Assembly: GCA_038087875.1 (NCBI GenBank)
Contig: CM075998.1
Span: 3,164,001 to 3,228,000, forward strand
DNA length: 64,000 nt
Direction of reading: 5' to 3'
Source: Malacoraja senta
Lineage: Eukaryota
This document shows, piece after piece, positions 59,520 to 64,000 of this stretch. Position numbers and translations under genes: made by a program. Positions within the stretch are counted from its first letter, which is position 1. Each line of letters starts with the position of its first letter. The notes beneath the pieces were generated by a model. It searched no databases, had not been told where the DNA came from, and saw only the letters and a list, made by a program, of their open reading frames with translations.

Positions 59520-59905
59520 GACACGAAAAGCTGGAGTAATTCAGCGGCACGGGCAGCATCTCTGGAGAGAAGGAATGGGTGACGTTTCGGGTCGACACCC
59601 TCCTTCCGACCGAAAGTCACGGGAAAAGTGAAACGAGAGATATAGACGGTGATGTGGAGATCTGCAAAAAAAAAAAAATGATCAAGGAAACAGGCCATCG
59701 TTAGCTGTTTGTTGGGTGAGAACAAGAAGCTGGTGCGACTTGCGTGGTGGAGGGATGGAGAGAGAGGGAATGCCGGGGTTACTTGAAGTTAGAAAAATCA
59801 CATTTATACCTCTGGGGTGTAAGCTGCCCAAGTGGAATTTGAGGTGCTGTTCCTCCAATTTGCGTTTAGCCTCACTCTAACAATGGAGGAGGCCGAGGAC
59901 AGAAA
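59520..59905 (-). mobile_element. Penelope-like element 3' fragment
   Basis: Reverse-complement similarity to 4400-4800. Confidence 0.75.
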
Positions 59906-60047
59906 AGTCCTATTGTCCCAAAGTACAATTAAACAGCCTTGACTTCCTTGATTCTTGAAGGTAGAGGGGGCCATTACCAGAATATTGGTTACAGTAAAGA
60001 AAAAGTTGGAGATTGGTAAATTTTGAGTGCACTGACAGAGAAAGTAA

Positions 60048-60485
60048 GCACAAAATGCTGGAGTAACTCAGCGGGTGAGGCAGCATCTCTGGAGAAAAGT
60101 AATCGGCGAGGTTTCGGGTCGAGACCCTTTGTCAGATTGATGTCGGGAGGGGGCAGAACAAAGATAGAATGTAGGCAGAGAGACAGTAAGACTAGTGTGA
60201 GAACTGGGAAGGGGATGGAGAGAGAAATTAGAGAAGTCAATGTTCATACCGCTACGGTGTGAACTACCCAAGCGAAATATGAGGTGCTGTTCCTCCAATT
60301 TGCGCTGGGCCTCACTCTGACAATGGAGGAGGCCCAGGACAGAAAGGTCAAATTGGGAATGGGAGGGGGAGTTGAAGTGTTGAGCCACTGGGAGATCGGG
60401 TAGGTTAAGACTGACTGAGCAGAGGTGTTCAGCGAAACCATCGGCGAGCCTGCACTTGGTCTCGCCGATGTAGACTTCTCCACAT
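60048..60485 (-). mobile_element. Penelope-like element 3' fragment (GIY-YIG)
   Basis: VYIGETKCRLADGFAEHLCSV...LEEQHLIFRLG in ORF 60068-60562. Confidence 0.85.
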
Positions 60486-60492
60486 CGGCTGT

Positions 60493-60802
60493 CACGGTGG
60501 CGCAGCGGGAGAGTTGTTGCCTTACAGCGAATGCAACGCCAGAGACCCGGGTTCGATCCCAACTAGGGGTGCTGTCTGTATGGAGTTTGTTCGTTCTCCC
60601 CGTGACCTGCGTGGGTTTTCTCCGATATCTTCGGTTTCCTCCCACACTCCAAAGACGTACAGGTTTGTAGGTTAATTGGCTTGGTAAGTGTAAAAAAATT
60701 GTCCCTAGTGGGTGTAGGATAGTGTTAATGTGCGGTGATCGTTGGTCGGCGCGGACCCAGTGGGCCGAAGGGCCTGTTTCCGTGCTGTATCTCGCAACTA
60801 AA
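60493..60802 (+). mobile_element. HE1-like SINE adjoining a Penelope fragment
   Basis: Full head, core and tail. Confidence 0.85.
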
Positions 60803-61269
60803 AGTAAGCAGCTTTGCTCATTTCCTCCACTTAAAATTTTCTCTAGACTAAAAACAATTCCTGTTACTTTAAATTCTTCGCTGTGCTCCCAATCTGACCT
60901 CGCTGTCTGAGGCCTCCAACCACTGTTCCAATGAAGGTAAATACAAGTTTGAGGAGCCTGCACTTTTAACTATGATTCATCGATTCTCTCTTTTGTTTAT
61001 CGATGCTCCACCTCTCAAAGGTTGAGAGTGTTTAATTGTCAGATGCGCCAGGAACTTGTCATGTGTGCCAATTCAATTCTTACCAGCTGCTTTAGGGGCA
61101 GATTAACCCACGACACAATCAATAATTAAATAAGCAAGCAAATGTACAATAAACAATAAGATAATATATCAATTATGCTAGGTAACCAGACCATAACAGT
61201 ACAAAATGAAGTGTGTGGTGCAACCTTATACAAAGCCTATAGTAGCTTGGTGCTGAGGTGGGGTCATGG

Positions 61270-61590
61270 TTAGTTGTTTAATAGCACGATGGTCGCTGGG
61301 GATAAAGCTGTTCCCGAACCTAGAGGTCGTGGCTCTCTGGCACCTGTCCTTTCTTCCTGATGGCAGCTGCGAGCATGGCCAGGGTGTCGTGGGTCTCTGA
61401 TGACATTGCCTATCCACTCGAGGCAGTGCATCCCGTAGATCCCTTTGATGGTGAGGAGGTCGGTACCCGTGGTGGGCCGGGCAATGTTCACCACTCTCTG
61501 CGAGCCTCCTCTGTTCACGGGCGTTTGAGTTGCCCAATCGGGCCGTGACGCAACCAGTCAGTATGCTCTCTGTCGTACACCTACAGGAAA
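61270..61590 (-). mobile_element. Rex1/Babar LINE 3' fragment
   Basis: CTTESILTGCVTA.LGN...; DPRHPGH; TSRFGNSFIP. Confidence 0.7.
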
Positions 61591-62040
61591 GTGCAATAGA
61601 GTATTGGGCGACGTGCTGAATCCCATCAAAGGTCGGAGGAATCACCAGCATCATCTGTAAATACATAAGCTTCCATGAGCGTACAGCTCTACCTTACCAC
61701 ATTTTCACTGTACCTTGGTGCACGTGACAAACTAAACTTCTTCTTCTTTCGTGTGGCGTGCACAGCCTAAAGTTGTTGGACAACTTGTTCTATTTGATCT
61801 TCCGTTTGTGCACGTCGAGTTGATTGCATTCGTCAAAACAGGGAAGGTTGCAATCTTCCACCCCACAAACTAAACTGAAGCAGCTCCACTGGATCTCAAA
61901 ATGAGACCATTGCCTCAAAATTCATAGCATTATGGTGAGAGGAGCAAAGTTTCAAAGGAGATATGCAGGGCAGGTTTTTGTTTTACACAGAAGCTGGTGG
62001 GTGCCTGGAAATCGCTGCTGGGGGTGGAGGCAGGGACATA

Positions 62041-63040
62041 CAATGCCCACCATAATATTTGGGACAAAGACCCATCATTTATTTATTTGCCTCTGTACTC
62101 CACAATTTTGAGATTTGTAATAGAAAAAAAATCACGTGGTGCACATTGTCAGATTTTATTAAAGGCCATTTTTATACATTTTGGTTTCACCATGTAGAAA
62201 TTACAGCTGTGTGTATACATAGTCCCCCCTATTTCAAGGCACCATAATGTTTGGGACACATGGCTTCACATGTGTTTGTAATTGCTCAGGTGTGTTTAAT
62301 TGCCTCCTTAATGCAGGTATAAGAGAGCTCTCAGCACCTAGTCTTTCCTCCAGTCTTTCCATCACCTTTGGAAACTTTTATTGCTGTTTATCAACACGAG
62401 GACCAAAGTTGTGCCAATGAAAGATATAGAAGCCATTATGAGACTGAGAAACAAGAATAAAACTGTTAGAGATATCAGTCAAACCTTAGGCTGACCAAAA
62501 TCAACTGTTTGGAACATCATTCAGAAGAAAGAGAGCACTGGGGAGCTTACGAATTGCAAAGGGACTGGCCAAGTCAATCACCTGATCTGAACCCAATTGA
62601 GCATGCCTTTTATTTTTTGAAGAGAAAACTGAAGGGGACTAGCCCCCAAAACAAGCATAAGCTAAAGATGGCTGCAAAACAGGCCTGACAGTGCATCACC
62701 AGAGAAGACACCCAGCAACTGGTGATGTCCATGAATCGCAGACTTCAAGCAGTCATTGCATGCAAAGGATATGCAACAAAATACTAAACATGACTACTTT
62801 CATTTACATGACATTGCTGTGTCCCAAACACTATGTTGCCCTGAAATAGCGGGGACTGCATAAACACTGCTGTAATTTCGACATGATGGAACTGAAATGT
62901 ATAAAAATGGCCTTTATTAAAATCTGACAATGTGCATTTTAACCACATGTGATTTTTTCTATTACCAATCTCAAATTGTGGAGTACAGAGGCAAATAAAT
63001 ACATGATGGGTCTTTGTCCCAAACATTATGGAGGGCACTG
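62041..63040 (+). mobile_element. Internally deleted, non-autonomous copy of the same Tc1 element
   Basis: TA flanks, both TIRs present, colinear with 53604-55226 but lacking about 630 nt of transposase; inserted within a CR1 3' fragment. Confidence 0.93.
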
Positions 63041-63145
63041 TAGGTCATGTGCAGGCAGAGGAGATTAGTTTAACTTGGCATCATTTTTGGCATGGACATT
63101 ATGGGCTGAAGGGCCTATTCCTTGCTGTGCTCTAAATGACCAGAC

Positions 63146-63535
63146 CAGGGGTGGGGAACCTTTTCATGTTGGAATGTCGCATTAAGTTAACTGTAATCTA
63201 ATAAGGCCGCATCCAAGAAACTTCAATTAGATATACTTAAAAATTTGCATTATTTTGTAAAAATCTAACTACTATGTATGTACTAACTTCAAGAAAATGA
63301 AAAAAAATTGGTAATTCTAAAGTTAACTAACCTTTTAATGACTTTGTTGTGACTGCTTTTTGTGGGAAAGCATTTGAATATTTGGTTGCAACATGGAGGT
63401 ACGCAGTTTCAGCTGATCTTCTAGATGTGTATCCGTCATTTGTGACCTTAAGGGTGTCTTGATTTGGGTTGGGTAGGAGAATGTAGATTCGCAGCAGTAA
63501 GTGGTTGAAAAGCAAGAATGCATTTTTCGTGCATG
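63146..63535 (-). mobile_element. hAT (Charlie-like) transposon remnant: terminal CAGGGGTGGGGAAC and transposase C-terminal dimerisation domain; likely continues rightward past a SINE insertion
   Basis: ORF 63335-63523 FSTTYCCESTFS...RSQMTDTHLEDQLKL...PNIQMLSHKKQSQQSH resembles Charlie-type transposase ends. Confidence 0.75.
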
Positions 63536-64000
63536 TTGTGGGAGGAAACCGAAGCACCCGGAGAAAACCCACGCAGGTCACGGGGAGAACGTGCAAACTC
63601 CGTACAGACAGCAGCCGTAGTCGGGATCGAACCCGGGTCTCTGGCGCTGTGAGGCAGCAACTCTACCACTGCGCCACCGTGCCGACCATTGACGTGACTT
63701 TATTTTTCTTGCACTTGCTGTCTGAAAGGTGCTTTCTGAATTTGATGAAACGGATGTAAGATTTAAGTTTTTCTCTCTTTGAAATTGTTCAAACATCTAC
63801 ACTGTACCTTTAACAAATAGAAATTTAAAGTGAAAATAAAGTCATCCCTCTGTATAACATGAAGACAGACACAAAAAGCTGTAGTAATTCAACGGGTCAG
63901 GCAGCATCTCTGGAGTGTGACATGATGAGTCTATGATAAGAGTGGAGGTTTTCAAAGGTCATTTAAAGGTCTTTGATATGTTGCCGTTCAGGAAAAAAAT

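Overview
Eukaryotic, repeat-dense genomic DNA from a cartilaginous fish (HE1/V-SINE-type SINEs and CR1/HER1-like LINEs point to an elasmobranch; inference). The main gene is a + strand NRAMP-family divalent metal transporter (SLC11A2/DMT1-like) with 14 identifiable coding exons from 22514 to 43235. Splice sites are GT-AG throughout, and the protein is about 549 aa if the ATG at 22528 is used. Two anomalies stand out: the DPGN-encoding exon carries three single-base indels (net -1) just downstream of a CR1 insertion in its acceptor region, and the conserved second TM6 histidine is tyrosine (MPHNIYLYS). The window also holds an antisense intronic tRNA-Gly(GCC) copy, a full-length decayed and an internally deleted IR/DR Tc1 (DD34E) transposon, a hAT/Charlie remnant, and CR1, L2, Rex/Babar and Penelope fragments. 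Many short Penelope-terminus-derived inserts carry a hammerhead-ribozyme-like core and are flanked by direct repeats. There are also minisatellites, two N gaps and a CRE/CCAAT-rich CpG-island promoter at about 50 kb for an unidentified downstream gene. Repeat boundaries are approximate.
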